From: an uncultured virus (IMG/VR IMGVR_UViG_3300006735_000014)
Lineage: Duplodnaviria > Heunggongvirae > Uroviricota > Caudoviricetes
Virus record (IMG/VR): IMGVR_UViG_3300006735_000014
Direction: 5' to 3' (one strand)
DNA: 64,000 nt
Shown one piece after another: positions 9,590 to 20,727 of this stretch (position 1 is the first letter of the stretch; the number at the start of each line of letters is the position of its first letter). The notes beneath the pieces are model-generated. The model did no database searches. It was not told the DNA's origin and saw nothing but the letters and a program-made list of their open reading frames with translations. The position numbers were made by a program, and so were the translations under genes.

Positions 9590-11374
9590 TTATTCAGGAA
9601 ATGCTGCACCCGTTGGTAACACATTGAAATCAATGATAATAAATTCTGCTGTTCTAGTTGGTTGCAAGAACAATTGACCTACCATTTGGTTTCTATCAAT
9701 TACATCAGGAGTATTATTTGTTTCATCCATTACTACTTTAAAAGCATATAAACCTTGTCTTTGTTGTACACTTTCTAAATATGGATTAACTATACTCAAG
9801 AATCTATTTCTTGTTTCTGCTGTATTTTGTTCAAATACTAAGAACCTTGTCGCAGAAGCAATAAACTTCTTAGCTGCAATTAATAATCTTCTAACGTTTA
9901 CTCTATCCAATGCAGATGCTTTCTTCTGTAATGTCTTTTGTCCAAATGCAACAACACCACTATTAGGGAAAGTTGCTAATGGATTAACATTTGAATCATA
10001 TAAGCTATCTCTATTACCATGAGTTAATTTTCTTTCTGGTTGGATTGCTCTATCAATTCCTCCTCTATTTAAACCTGCAGGTGCAAACCATTCTGCTGAT
10101 ACTTTATCATTAAATGCATATACACCACCCATTGCTACAGATGCTGGAACCCAAACATTTTTAGATGCATAATTATCCGCCATTTGAATCCAAGGCCAAT
10201 ATACTGCAGCATAATTGGTATCTCTACCAGATGCTTCTGTAGTTGCATCAGTTATTGTTCCTGCATATGCTATAGGATCTACAATTGCAAAACAATCACC
10301 TCTATCTTCACACATTTGAATTGCTGAAGTTGCAATAGTTGAATGACCTGCTAATGCTGCAATTACACCTGGCATTAATAATAAGTTAATATCATATTCG
10401 TCTTGGTTACCTAATAAGTTAATTGCATCTTCATATGCTGTTTTACCCTTTGCTCCTGTTCCTAACGCATATCCTTGCGAATTAGTTGCAGTAATGTTTT
10501 CATAGAACATTTGTGGATGTTCTACATTTCCATCACTACCACCTGAGAATGTTCCTGAAACTTCTAATGGTAAAGAACCAGTATAGTCTGCATTTGAAAT
10601 ATTTCCATTTTCATCTAAATAATTTAATGTTTGACGAGTTACTTCTACTCTAACATATTTAGATTTGTTCATATAAGAACCTGATGCTTGGATATATGGA
10701 CTAACTGTTCCAGATCCTCTTAAATTAAGTTTTGCATCTCCAATTCTTTTTGCAATATAATTTGTTGAATTTGGATCTAATGATAAGTTATTCCATGTCT
10801 CAAGAATATTTTTTCTTTTGATTGTATCATTACCACTTCTTAAATATAATGAGAAAGTACCTTTTGAAGTATTCTTATTTGCAACTTCCCATCTTAAATT
10901 ATCTTTTGATCCAGATAATAATATATTATTTGAACCTTCATCATCTGTAGAACCAGAACCTGCTGTTGACGCATGTGGTTGACCACTATTCAATATAGCT
11001 CCGTCTGATAAGTTATGTAATTTGAATGATGTTGCTGCGTTAGGCATTGATGATGCTACTGTTGAATCACCACCGGAAAAATCTCCCGCCATTATTCTAA
11101 CTACTGTTAATGAGTCATGATGTCTCAAATATTCTTCTGCAGCTAATGATGTTAGATATGAATAATATCCAAGATTTGCTCCAGAACCACTTTCAAACAC
11201 ATCGCCAAATAATTGTCTATATTCAGCCATAGATGTTACCATGGTAGGAACCAATGCTGGACCTTTTACAGTAGGACCTACTATTGCCGCTCCTATGTTT
11301 TGTATCCCTGCTGGAAGAAATGATAAATCTCTCTCTCGGGTAAATACACCTGGTGATACTATTTTTTCAGCCAT
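9590..11374 (-). CDS. gp18: Tail sheath protein (T4 gp18-like)
   Basis: SPGVFTRERD N-terminus; YAAVYWPW, WFAPAGLNRG, DRVNVRRLL, LQPTRTAEFI C-terminal sheath motifs. Confidence 0.95.
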   Translation of the reverse strand: MAEKIVSPGVFTRERDLSFLPAGIQNIGAAIVGPTVKGPALVPTMVTSMAEYRQLFGDVFESGSGANLGYYSYLTSLAAEEYLRHHDSLTVVRIMAGDFSGGDSTVASSMPNAATSFKLHNLSDGAILNSGQPHASTAGSGSTDDEGSNNILLSGSKDNLRWEVANKNTSKGTFSLYLRSGNDTIKRKNILETWNNLSLDPNSTNYIAKRIGDAKLNLRGSGTVSPYIQASGSYMNKSKYVRVEVTRQTLNYLDENGNISNADYTGSLPLEVSGTFSGGSDGNVEHPQMFYENITATNSQGYALGTGAKGKTAYEDAINLLGNQDEYDINLLLMPGVIAALAGHSTIATSAIQMCEDRGDCFAIVDPIAYAGTITDATTEASGRDTNYAAVYWPWIQMADNYASKNVWVPASVAMGGVYAFNDKVSAEWFAPAGLNRGGIDRAIQPERKLTHGNRDSLYDSNVNPLATFPNSGVVAFGQKTLQKKASALDRVNVRRLLIAAKKFIASATRFLVFEQNTAETRNRFLSIVNPYLESVQQRQGLYAFKVVMDETNNTPDVIDRNQMVGQLFLQPTRTAEFIIIDFNVLPTGAAFPE

Positions 11375-11451
11375 TTAAATTCTCCTCTTTGTTAAACTAA
11401 GACATGAGTCTTATTATTTTTAAATAAATATACTTAAATGGCTTCAAACCA

Positions 11452-11727
11452 TTAGTTTGCTGGTGAAAAAGTACCAGAATCTAAGTCTAATGTTCCTCGG
11501 CCATATTTTTCATTGAATTTCTTAACTAATTCAAGTTCTGTTGATTGAATATCTGCATATTCTTTATTAAATTGTGTTTCTAAAAGATCTAATTTTTTAG
11601 CCTTTTGTTCATGTAAAATTTGTTCTAATTTTAATTCTCCAAAATTGGCTACCAATTTAGACATTCTATCTCGTAACACCTGAACTTCTTTTAGTTCTTC
11701 TTCTGTAAACTTTTTGTTTTCTGACAT
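11452..11727 (-). CDS. Hypothetical coiled-coil protein (91 aa)
   Basis: Helical, charged ORF; AAGGAG SD; upstream motif. Confidence 0.75.
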   Translation of the reverse strand: MSENKKFTEEELKEVQVLRDRMSKLVANFGELKLEQILHEQKAKKLDLLETQFNKEYADIQSTELELVKKFNEKYGRGTLDLDSGTFSPAN

Positions 11728-11772
11728 AACTATTCTCCTTTTATTAACATATATAAATATGCATTTGTACTG

Positions 11773-12030
11773 CTAAACAACCACTCCTGTACCAGTTCCT
11801 GTCACAAATGTAAACACTGGATATACAAATGGGTGGGGTGATGATCCTCCTATTCCCATACCTGTTACTGCGGTTTGTACTAAACCTCCTCTAACGTATA
11901 AATCTATCGCTCTTGATAAATCTTCTGCGAGCTCTCGATTAGTAGTTTGTTTATCTGGTCCTGGTTTTACTGATTGTTTTCTAAATGCTGCAAATATCAT
12001 TGCTTTTAATGCTGGTTGATTTAATGGCAT
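11773..12030 (-). CDS. Hypothetical structural protein (85 aa)
   Basis: In-operon ORF with Gly/Thr-rich C-terminus. Confidence 0.65.
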   Translation of the reverse strand: MPLNQPALKAMIFAAFRKQSVKPGPDKQTTNRELAEDLSRAIDLYVRGGLVQTAVTGMGIGGSSPHPFVYPVFTFVTGTGTGVVV

Positions 12031-12032
12031 AA

Positions 12033-12920
12033 CTATATTCTATCCTTTAATGATTGTTCTAATTTTGATAATAACTCATTTTCTGATGCAATTGGATTAT
12101 AATTTCCAGTTGGTGGTGCATCAAATGTTGCAGTAAATACATCAGTTTCATGTTCTGATCCAAATTTGATTTGTTTTGTTGCAAACCTTTTTTGTACTGT
12201 TGATACTCGTAACTCATCTTCCATTAATAATGTTGCTTTTGATCTAACTGGTAATGTAGCTCTTATAATTCGATCTTCACCCATATTGTTCATCGTCTCA
12301 AACGAATAATCATCTATGTATGTATTAAACTTCCATGTAGTTCCCCATGCAAATCCTCCAGTAGGCATTATAGCCTCAATAATTGAATTCAATTGTTCTG
12401 TAAATGAACACCATATTAATAATTCATATGATACTTCTACAAATTCTGGTACAGCTGTAACATAAAATTCTTTGGTTGGTTTTGCATTTGTTAATACTCC
12501 AAATCTATCGTATTTATTTGCTTGAGTAAATTTATTTTGTAATACCATTGCATTACCTGATGGATTTCTATTAACATCTAATTTTTTTAATATATCTCTT
12601 TCTGCAATAGCATTTCTTCTCAAAGTAATTATTGGGGCCATTAATTTACCTTTTGCATCTCTCATATATCCATGCTTTTGAATTTGGCTCCATTTTTCTC
12701 CATTTGCATATTGAATTGGTACATCTATAATACTTCCATCTTCTTCTACCCGTGGTTGTATAACATCTCGTATATAAGATATAATTGCATAATCCACATC
12801 ATATATTGTACATGAAGGAGTCTTAATTGTATCAGTATCACGGCGTACTTGATTAGCCCTATTAACTATAGGATCATTTGCTTGCGTACTTTGAGTTCTA
12901 TTTAATCTTAATTTTCCCAT
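12033..12920 (-). CDS. Tail completion / sheath stabilizer-like protein (gp15-like)
   Basis: VPIQYANGEKW...PEFVEVSYELLIW...EQLNSIIE pattern; gene order neck-neck-completion-sheath. Confidence 0.65.
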   Translation of the reverse strand: MGKLRLNRTQSTQANDPIVNRANQVRRDTDTIKTPSCTIYDVDYAIISYIRDVIQPRVEEDGSIIDVPIQYANGEKWSQIQKHGYMRDAKGKLMAPIITLRRNAIAERDILKKLDVNRNPSGNAMVLQNKFTQANKYDRFGVLTNAKPTKEFYVTAVPEFVEVSYELLIWCSFTEQLNSIIEAIMPTGGFAWGTTWKFNTYIDDYSFETMNNMGEDRIIRATLPVRSKATLLMEDELRVSTVQKRFATKQIKFGSEHETDVFTATFDAPPTGNYNPIASENELLSKLEQSLKDRI

Positions 12921-12923
12921 ATA

Positions 12924-13463
12924 TTATAAATTCTTTGGTAATTGATATTCTTGATTTGTACCCCCAGATCTAACTTCTACTAAATTAAGTTTATTTCTTT
13001 GTGTTACATGTGCTTCACATATTACTGCAACACTATATCCATGTTCATCAATTTCTCCTCGAGTGAACCCTAAATGAGTTGATGGATTTTTTCCAGCAAA
13101 ATATTGTGATGATCCTATCTGATCTATTTCATAATATTCATTATCCCAATTTAAAATGTCACCAACTTCTAATATAATTGTTCTATCAACTAAATAATCT
13201 CTAGCAAATGCAAAATTACCAGTTCTAGTTGAATCCAATCCAAAATCTTCTGCAACGGTTGTTTTTTCATCTTTCTGTACAAGGCAAGGAATGGCTATTG
13301 GATTATAATATTTCTTACTCATTGATTCACCATATAAATTTTCTCGTGTATCTTCTAATACCAACTTATATAATTCAATTTCTGTATCTATTATATTGAC
13401 TATAAGTTCGTTATTTATATGTCTAATTAGACTTGCATCTCTTCCTGAACCAAATAACGCCAT
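12924..13463 (-). CDS. Head closure / neck protein (gp14-like)
   Basis: ENLYGES..K.Y, EVGDILNWDNEYYEI motifs; synteny. Confidence 0.65.
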   Translation of the reverse strand: MALFGSGRDASLIRHINNELIVNIIDTEIELYKLVLEDTRENLYGESMSKKYYNPIAIPCLVQKDEKTTVAEDFGLDSTRTGNFAFARDYLVDRTIILEVGDILNWDNEYYEIDQIGSSQYFAGKNPSTHLGFTRGEIDEHGYSVAVICEAHVTQRNKLNLVEVRSGGTNQEYQLPKNL

Positions 13464-13465
13464 AA

Positions 13466-14632
13466 TTACCCTACATATATTTTAAGTGGAATTTTCATCA
13501 TCTGTTGCTGTAATGCATCAGATTCTGCTTGTTTTCTTTCTAATTGTGATTGTCTAGACATTGTATCCAGGATCTCTTTAATCTCTGTTATAAGTCCTTC
13601 TTTTTCAGTCTGAGCGGCTGATATAAGGTCCGATCCGTTTAATGTCACATCTGCATTTGGTATTGGTATTGCAGAATACTTACCACGAATATATCCTAAC
13701 ATCTCTTTTGATAATGCTAAAGCATATTTTCTAATCCATTGTTTTCCAACTGCATTAATATTTGAATATATAATATCTTGATATGGAACATTTGAATAAT
13801 CTGAAATAGCTCCTGTTTTTCCTTTTAATGGATTACTTCTATCTGCTTTCTTAATATATTCAAAATGTACTTTTGTAAATGAAGATGCATCTGGAATAGG
13901 AAATATTTTAATCCTATCATTTACTAATTGGAATGAATATGTAGACTTTCTTATTTGGTCATTAAACTCTATTCCTTGTAGTCTTAATACATCTGCATAT
14001 ATTGGCATCATCATAAATGATACTCCTGGAGAATAATTACCCCAACCAAATGAATCTAACATTTGTTGAGATCCTAATCCTGTCCCTATAAATGGATCAA
14101 AGTATCTTGCAATTGCAGGTGGCGCCTCATGGAATATTCTTTTAATTTCAATATCATCTGTTCCAGCTGTTCCTGATTCTAAAGATACAACAGTAGGATC
14201 TGTTAAATCATATATTTGTTGATTTGCAGACATTGTTACAGAACCAGTATAATATGTTACATTACCACCACTTCCTGCTTCTGTTCCATACTCTTCTGCT
14301 AATTCAATAAGTCCTCCTAAATTAGAAGATACTTTTTGTCCTGATAAATTTGACCCTGTTGCCGCTCCGTATAAGTTAATTAGGTTATCTCGTATATTAA
14401 ATGTATTTACTTGATTACCATATTCTGTTACAGCTTCTTCAAAGGCTGCAAAGAATGAACCAGATTGTAATTCAATGTCTGTTAATGGATATCCTAATCT
14501 TTTGGCGCACCAATCTGCAGTACTAATTGATGCAGATGCAAATGTTACATCTGAATCGTATAATCCGAATGGTGTATCATTTGTTCCTACCCAAGTAGCT
14601 GCTCCTGTCCAAATTGGTATTTTTACTGCCAT
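13466..14632 (-). CDS. Neck / head-tail adaptor protein (gp13-like)
   Basis: RLGYPLTDIEL and WIRKYALALSKEMLGYIRGKY..IP...VTLNG motifs. Confidence 0.8.
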   Translation of the reverse strand: MAVKIPIWTGAATWVGTNDTPFGLYDSDVTFASASISTADWCAKRLGYPLTDIELQSGSFFAAFEEAVTEYGNQVNTFNIRDNLINLYGAATGSNLSGQKVSSNLGGLIELAEEYGTEAGSGGNVTYYTGSVTMSANQQIYDLTDPTVVSLESGTAGTDDIEIKRIFHEAPPAIARYFDPFIGTGLGSQQMLDSFGWGNYSPGVSFMMMPIYADVLRLQGIEFNDQIRKSTYSFQLVNDRIKIFPIPDASSFTKVHFEYIKKADRSNPLKGKTGAISDYSNVPYQDIIYSNINAVGKQWIRKYALALSKEMLGYIRGKYSAIPIPNADVTLNGSDLISAAQTEKEGLITEIKEILDTMSRQSQLERKQAESDALQQQMMKIPLKIYVG

Positions 14633-14676
14633 ATTATGCCTTCTCTATTTTAATATAAATATGTAATGACTAAAGA

Positions 14677-15207
14677 TTACAGAGATATTTTACCGCTTGT
14701 TAATTGAATTACACCTGAAGTTAATTTTATAGGTGCACTGGTGGCTGCGGCAGCTTCAGAATAATAAACTGCCATAACTACATAGTCCCAAAACAAAACA
14801 CCAGATGCAATTGTAGATACATCTATAGTTGCACTTACGGCATTAGCTGATGTAGGTGTCCAAGATAGTCCCCATAATTGAGTTGAGCTACCATATGTAA
14901 CTGTTGAATCTGATTTATTAAATGCTGCACTTGGAGCTATACCACTAGAATTAGATGATCCGTTGTTAAGAAATATTTCAGGTGTAGCAGCAAAATTACT
15001 TCCTTGACCTTCTACTGTTATTTCTAATCCATTAATAGTTGCTCCTGCAGGAACAGCAAGATTTCCAAATTCTAGAGTAATATCACCAGTCGATGAATTG
15101 AAATTTGGATTGTTACGAGTATTGTCTGATGCTGCCCAAGCTGAGATTGCTCCTATTCCTGTTCCTGCTGAATTTGTTGCTGTTGCTACTGATGTTGTAG
15201 TTGCCAT
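14677..15207 (-). CDS. Putative virion-associated beta-rich protein (176 aa)
   Basis: Ser/Thr/Ala-rich; VPAGATINGLEI and YGSSTQLWGLSWT patterns seen in virion decoration/fibre domains. Confidence 0.6.
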   Translation of the reverse strand: MATTTSVATATNSAGTGIGAISAWAASDNTRNNPNFNSSTGDITLEFGNLAVPAGATINGLEITVEGQGSNFAATPEIFLNNGSSNSSGIAPSAAFNKSDSTVTYGSSTQLWGLSWTPTSANAVSATIDVSTIASGVLFWDYVVMAVYYSEAAAATSAPIKLTSGVIQLTSGKISL

Positions 15208-15219
15208 AATTTTTCTTTA

Positions 15220-15906
15220 TTACGCATAAGTTAAGACTGCACCTCTAAAGAAGTCTCCCGAGTTGAGCGTTACTACTATTATTAAATTATTCGAACCACT
15301 TTGTAAATAAGCTCCTCCTACAACGGTTGTATATAAATCCCAAGGTTGTGAAGCATTGATAGTTGTTGCTTGTTTCGTTTTATTATTGAAAACTAATGCA
15401 GTTGTTGTTCCTTTTGATAATAATAAATTGTTAACAGTTGCTTCTGTTTTTGTATTTGAAGAATATAAAGTGACGCGTATTAAACTTTTTCCTATAGGAA
15501 TCATGCATGCACAAGAAACTTGTTCACCTACATCATCTGCATTTTGAGTGAATAGACCAGCTCTTTGAGTTCTTGCTGAATATGTTCCTCCTCTAAATTG
15601 TGTTGGATGTATAAAGATGGAATTAGATGATCCCAGATGAGTTGTTTTATTATCTGTTACTCGAGTTGAAAAAGAACCTGATGCTGTAGTATAATTATTT
15701 TTTAGAGCTGCATAAGATCCGGATGCTGCATCATTGGCATTTACAACATCTGTTATATCATCTATCTGATCCATTAATAAATGCATTGCTTTAAATTCTG
15801 GAGTTTCTTCTAATTCTGGATCACCAAATAATGAAGCTTCTTTAGAAGTTTCTTTATTTCCTCCTGATCCGAATCTATCTGATAGTTTTGTTTTTTGTCT
15901 TGCCAT
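15220..15906 (-). CDS. Hypothetical structural protein (228 aa)
   Basis: AGGAG SD; within the fibre cluster. Confidence 0.65.
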   Translation of the reverse strand: MARQKTKLSDRFGSGGNKETSKEASLFGDPELEETPEFKAMHLLMDQIDDITDVVNANDAASGSYAALKNNYTTASGSFSTRVTDNKTTHLGSSNSIFIHPTQFRGGTYSARTQRAGLFTQNADDVGEQVSCACMIPIGKSLIRVTLYSSNTKTEATVNNLLLSKGTTTALVFNNKTKQATTINASQPWDLYTTVVGGAYLQSGSNNLIIVVTLNSGDFFRGAVLTYA

Positions 15907-15916
15907 TTTATATCTC

Positions 15917-18900
15917 CTATTCTGCTATTTCTGCTGTTACTGTATATGTACCTTTTAAATTTTTACCACTACCAAATGTATTTGATACACTTGAGAATAC
16001 AATTATTCTATCACCTGCTACTGCTCCTACATCTGGATTAAATCCACCATGGCCTCCTGCAGCACTTCCTGTAATATAAATTGTATGGAATTGGTTTCCA
16101 ACAGTTGCAGATGAACCACTACATATAAATACTGGATTAGTAGTATTTGATCCTGCTGTTTGAATAGCAAGCATTTTATATACATAATATGATAATGTAC
16201 CTTGAGCTGTAGAATCTGTTGGTTTTAATGTTCCTATCAATTTAATGTTTTTAATATTTTGTGTTACTGCTACACCTAAATTTGAATCTCCATTTGAATT
16301 CCAAGTTCCAGTTTCTACAGATGCTTTTGTTAATTCTTGATTCCATGATCTATCAGACCAACCATATGTACTCGATCCTGCTTGGAAGTTAGCTAATGTT
16401 CCAGCTGGTTCATTAAAATACCAACTATGTGCTATAATATGAATTGGCATACCTACAAATTTGTTTGCAGTAATTGTTCCTGACGCGCTTATATCTCCTG
16501 TTACATTAAGCTTTCGTTCACTTCCATCAAATATTGCCCAGCTGGTTGATCCTTCATGAATTTGAACATCCGAATCTGGATACAATCTTATAGTTCTATC
16601 TGCATAAATATCTAAATCTTCTGGATTACCTGATGTTTCTATTTTTGTATTTGTATCTCCATCCCATATGATATCACCTCCAGCTGGTAAATGTATTTGA
16701 TTTGCATGTATATTACCACTCGCGGTTATACCACCTGATGCAGATATGTGACCGTCTACAACTAAATTAGTATTGGCTGATGTATGTATTCCTGTTGCTA
16801 AAGCATGTATAAATCCATAAGAATTACCACTTGGATATATCCTACCTGAGGCAGAACCATAAAAAGATCCTCCTAGTGTTAAACTATTATCTGTTGTTAT
16901 ACTTCCTGTTATGGTTATTCCATCTGCAAAGTTAGTATTACCTATTGAAACTGATTCATTTCCAACTATACCACTTTCAGGTCCTAATATGAAATGTCTT
17001 GAAATACCAGTTGCATCTTTTAATCTATAAGCAGTATCAGCATAATACCCAGCTGCATATATATTACCACTTGAAGTTATTCCAGCCGATGCTGTTATAC
17101 GATTTGCTTCAACAAAACCAGAAACTTCTAATCCAGAAGCTGCTGCAGATTTTCCAGTTAACACATGAAATGAACCTGTATTGGCCAATACAGATGCATC
17201 TGATTTTATATTACCAGAAGCAGTTATATGAGTATCAAATTCTGCATTACCGCCAACGTGTAACATGCTTGTATTGCTTGCTCTTCTTCCAATACCTATC
17301 AATGCATTGGCATTGCCAATTCCTGCTGAACTTTGAGATACTATTAAATATTCTTGTGTTGTTGGATTACCAGCATTTGGTGTAAGTACAATATCTCCTT
17401 GCTGTGATGTAACAGTTCCTAAAAGGCCGCCTCCATGAAAGGTATTATCTGCATAAAAGAATACGCCTCCATTTGCAGTTGCAATTGTATTGAGTGTACG
17501 ATCAGAAAATAAAGTTCCTGCTTTAATAGTAGTTCCAGTTATTACATCTCCTTTAATATTACCTGAAGCTGTTATATGTCCTTGCGCATTAATATGATTT
17601 GCAACATATAAACCAGATGAATGACTTCCATTTATTCTAGGTGTAGTTAGTGCACCTGTTGTGATAACATTAGCTGCAGTACTATTACCACTTGAACTTA
17701 TATCACCTGAGGCTGTTATATTTCCAAGTGCATCCATAATTAAACCTTCACCTGAACCTGATGAAAATATTTTTACACCTTGACCTAAATAAGAATCATG
17801 ATTTGCACCTAATATTAAAGCATTACTATTTACATTTATAGTTGGTTTAACAGATGATAATGCATCTATAAAATAACCATGTGAAGGACTTCTTCCAAGC
17901 ACTTTAAAATTAGTTGCTATAATATCACTACTTGCACTTATATAACCTGATGCTGTAATGTTGCCATTTTCAATCATCACAGAATCATTAGACCCAATTT
18001 TCTGAGTTAGAGTTTGACCATTTGTGGCTCCTATAGTAGCGGTAGTATATGCAGCTATAACTTGACCACTTGAACTTATATTACCTGAGGCTGTTATATG
18101 ACCTTTAAATGTATGAGTATCATCATCTGTATCTCCAAATATATTTGAACCTGATGTTTGTAATATTGATGATGAAACTATTGAAGATGTTATACTAGTT
18201 ACATTTAAACTTGTTGCTTCTATTGATCCAACTGAAATGTCTGGTGTTCCTGATAACCCTGTTGCATCTCCAATGAACCCTTTACTCGCGCTTATGACTG
18301 ATGCTGTTATGTCTCCTTCGAATCGATGTTGATGAAATGTACCAGATTGACCATATTGCATTTGTGAGAATGATCCTGCAGAATTAAAAATTAAACCTGA
18401 GATTTGGCCTTCTGCTAGAGGTACAGATTGTGTACCTAAATCTATATGATATTTATCTGCATATATATTTCCACTTGCACTTATATTACCTGATGCTGTT
18501 ATGGCATGTTCTACATATAAACTTTTAGCATCCAACTCTCCTGTGAAGACTTTTGACTTACCAGTAGTTGCATCTCCAAATGTTGCATTTCCTGCCGATG
18601 TCATTTTCAATGTACCTAATCTACTAGCACCATCTTTAAATTCAATTGTTTGTCCAGAAGTTATAATATGATCAAATGAACCTGTTCCTAATGAACCTGC
18701 AGAAACATCTCCACTTGAACTTATATTACCTGATGCAGTTATATGGCCATCTCCAATATAAACATCAGATCCAACTACTCTTAATCTTCCGTATATAGTA
18801 TGTTCATTCCTATCTCCATTGGTTCCCATTGTAAGAGTTCCGCTCGAACTTATATCTCCAGAGCCTGTTATATTGCCACTTACACGAAGACCCATATTAT

Positions 18901-20119
18901 TTACTACACTAGTATTATCAAATGTTAATCTTGCTGAAGCATTATGTGGTCCAATATATACTCTATTTGCTAAAACATGGTCACCGAGAATATTACTACT
19001 TGAACTTATTGCACCTGAGGCTGTTACGTTACCATATAACATAACTGGCTTGGGAGCATTTGATCTATTAATCTGTGTTGCTGCAAAAGCGCCTTGCTCA
19101 TTAATTCCTAACGTCGTACCCGTATCATCTAGTGCTTCTTTATTATTAAGGTAAAGCTTAGCACCTAAATATACATCTCCGCTTGCACTTATATCACTTG
19201 AGGCTGTTACTGGTCCTGAGAGTGATATGTTAACTGCACCACCACTACCTATTACTAGACCATTTCCAAGTACAAGAGTCTGGCTGTCAGCTGCACCAAA
19301 CACTTGTGTTCCATATAAATCCCATATAACATTGTTGCCTTTCATTTGATATGTAGCTGCTTGTACAACACTTGCACTTATATATCCTGAAGCTGTTATG
19401 TGGGTTGTTTCTAAACTTCCTTCTATTAAAACTTGACCTGGAAGTTTTATTTTATTTGATTCAAATAATAATACATCTGTATTACCTATAGAATATCCTG
19501 CATCTGAAAATACACCTGTTGTTGTAATGGGACCACTTGCACTTATTGCTCCTGAGGCTGTTATTTGGCCACTACCAGAAACATGTATGTTTCCATTTAC
19601 AGTTAATTTTTGATCTGGATTATTTGTACCTATACCTAATTGACGTTTTTCAGCATCTCCCCATAATATTACGCTGTCAACAGAACCAGAACCAAATACT
19701 TTAAAGTTTACATCTTGATATTCATTATTCAAATCGATCCAGGAAGCGCCTATAGATAATTTATTTTTACCGGCTGTTTCTACTAGAAATTGATTTGTAC
19801 CAAAATTTATAAATGTATCTGTATCATTTTTATGTATTATTTTTCCTGGTAATGTTAGATCACCGTCTATCGTAGAGTCCCCTGTCCTTAAGCCTGTTAC
19901 TTTAAATGTATCTAATACTGTAGAATCGATATATGAAGCTGTTTCTGCAAAAGATGAAGAAGTTTCATAATTTACTTCAGTGATTGCATATGATACAGTC
20001 ATTTGTAATGTCGGAACTAATGATCCAGTTCCATCAAATACTACTCCATCGTCACCGACAGTTAATACTCGTTGGTAAGTATCTTGAATATTTTGGCCTG
20101 TTAAGTCTGGTAAAGCCAT
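15917..20119 (-). CDS. Long fibre-like protein with HITASGNISASG repeats (1400 aa)
   Basis: Many copies of the [HN]ITASGxIS[AS]SG motif plus a GIGTNNP motif typical of trimeric beta-helical fibres. Confidence 0.7.
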   Translation of the reverse strand: MALPDLTGQNIQDTYQRVLTVGDDGVVFDGTGSLVPTLQMTVSYAITEVNYETSSSFAETASYIDSTVLDTFKVTGLRTGDSTIDGDLTLPGKIIHKNDTDTFINFGTNQFLVETAGKNKLSIGASWIDLNNEYQDVNFKVFGSGSVDSVILWGDAEKRQLGIGTNNPDQKLTVNGNIHVSGSGQITASGAISASGPITTTGVFSDAGYSIGNTDVLLFESNKIKLPGQVLIEGSLETTHITASGYISASVVQAATYQMKGNNVIWDLYGTQVFGAADSQTLVLGNGLVIGSGGAVNISLSGPVTASSDISASGDVYLGAKLYLNNKEALDDTGTTLGINEQGAFAATQINRSNAPKPVMLYGNVTASGAISSSSNILGDHVLANRVYIGPHNASARLTFDNTSVVNNMGLRVSGNITGSGDISSSGTLTMGTNGDRNEHTIYGRLRVVGSDVYIGDGHITASGNISSSGDVSAGSLGTGSFDHIITSGQTIEFKDGASRLGTLKMTSAGNATFGDATTGKSKVFTGELDAKSLYVEHAITASGNISASGNIYADKYHIDLGTQSVPLAEGQISGLIFNSAGSFSQMQYGQSGTFHQHRFEGDITASVISASKGFIGDATGLSGTPDISVGSIEATSLNVTSITSSIVSSSILQTSGSNIFGDTDDDTHTFKGHITASGNISSSGQVIAAYTTATIGATNGQTLTQKIGSNDSVMIENGNITASGYISASSDIIATNFKVLGRSPSHGYFIDALSSVKPTINVNSNALILGANHDSYLGQGVKIFSSGSGEGLIMDALGNITASGDISSSGNSTAANVITTGALTTPRINGSHSSGLYVANHINAQGHITASGNIKGDVITGTTIKAGTLFSDRTLNTIATANGGVFFYADNTFHGGGLLGTVTSQQGDIVLTPNAGNPTTQEYLIVSQSSAGIGNANALIGIGRRASNTSMLHVGGNAEFDTHITASGNIKSDASVLANTGSFHVLTGKSAAASGLEVSGFVEANRITASAGITSSGNIYAAGYYADTAYRLKDATGISRHFILGPESGIVGNESVSIGNTNFADGITITGSITTDNSLTLGGSFYGSASGRIYPSGNSYGFIHALATGIHTSANTNLVVDGHISASGGITASGNIHANQIHLPAGGDIIWDGDTNTKIETSGNPEDLDIYADRTIRLYPDSDVQIHEGSTSWAIFDGSERKLNVTGDISASGTITANKFVGMPIHIIAHSWYFNEPAGTLANFQAGSSTYGWSDRSWNQELTKASVETGTWNSNGDSNLGVAVTQNIKNIKLIGTLKPTDSTAQGTLSYYVYKMLAIQTAGSNTTNPVFICSGSSATVGNQFHTIYITGSAAGGHGGFNPDVGAVAGDRIIVFSSVSNTFGSGKNLKGTYTVTAEIAE

Positions 20120-20128
20120 TTATAACCC

Positions 20129-20716
20129 CTATTTTTGTTTTGCTAATACATTCAATACTCCGCTAATAACTTTTCCTCTAGAAGTTTCGTTAATTGGTTT
20201 GAATTGAGTATATGTAGCTATAACCTTATTTAATTTATCTTTCTTAATTGAAAGATTATTTATATTAACATTTTCATGAATTAGTAATTTCATTATATTT
20301 ACAATATGTTTCTTTTCTGATTCTGAAATTGTTTGTTTTTTATCTTGTTTAACTTTTGTAACTTGGACTTTTGGTCCTTTTGTTTCTACTATTGGTTGTT
20401 TAGTAGTTTGTGATTTTATTTCTACAGTTACTTTTTTACTTGCCTGCACTTCAAAATCACTTTCCCATGGAGTAAAAAATGTATCTTCTGCAATTACTTC
20501 TAATTTAATATTACCTTTATTACTTTCATCTATAAGGCCTTTTAATTTTTTAATTGGAACTTTACATTTACCATCTGATGTTATTGAACCATTAAACATT
20601 AAACTATAATCTGCAGTTTCTACAACTAGCCTTGCAATTGAATTAGAAAGGCTTGCACCTTCTATTTTAATATCACATTCAAATAATTCTGCTTTGTCTG
20701 TAAATAATTTATACAT
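20129..20716 (-). CDS. Hypothetical protein (195 aa)
   Basis: TAAGGAG SD; in-operon ORF. Confidence 0.7.
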   Translation of the reverse strand: MYKLFTDKAELFECDIKIEGASLSNSIARLVVETADYSLMFNGSITSDGKCKVPIKKLKGLIDESNKGNIKLEVIAEDTFFTPWESDFEVQASKKVTVEIKSQTTKQPIVETKGPKVQVTKVKQDKKQTISESEKKHIVNIMKLLIHENVNINNLSIKKDKLNKVIATYTQFKPINETSRGKVISGVLNVLAKQK

Positions 20717-20727
20717 TTATATTCTCC

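Noticed and set aside
17040..19570. Spaced ~30-nt repeats as a CRISPR array or DGR template
   Set aside because: Repeats are in-frame, degenerate at codon third positions and irregularly spaced; no cas or reverse transcriptase gene in the window
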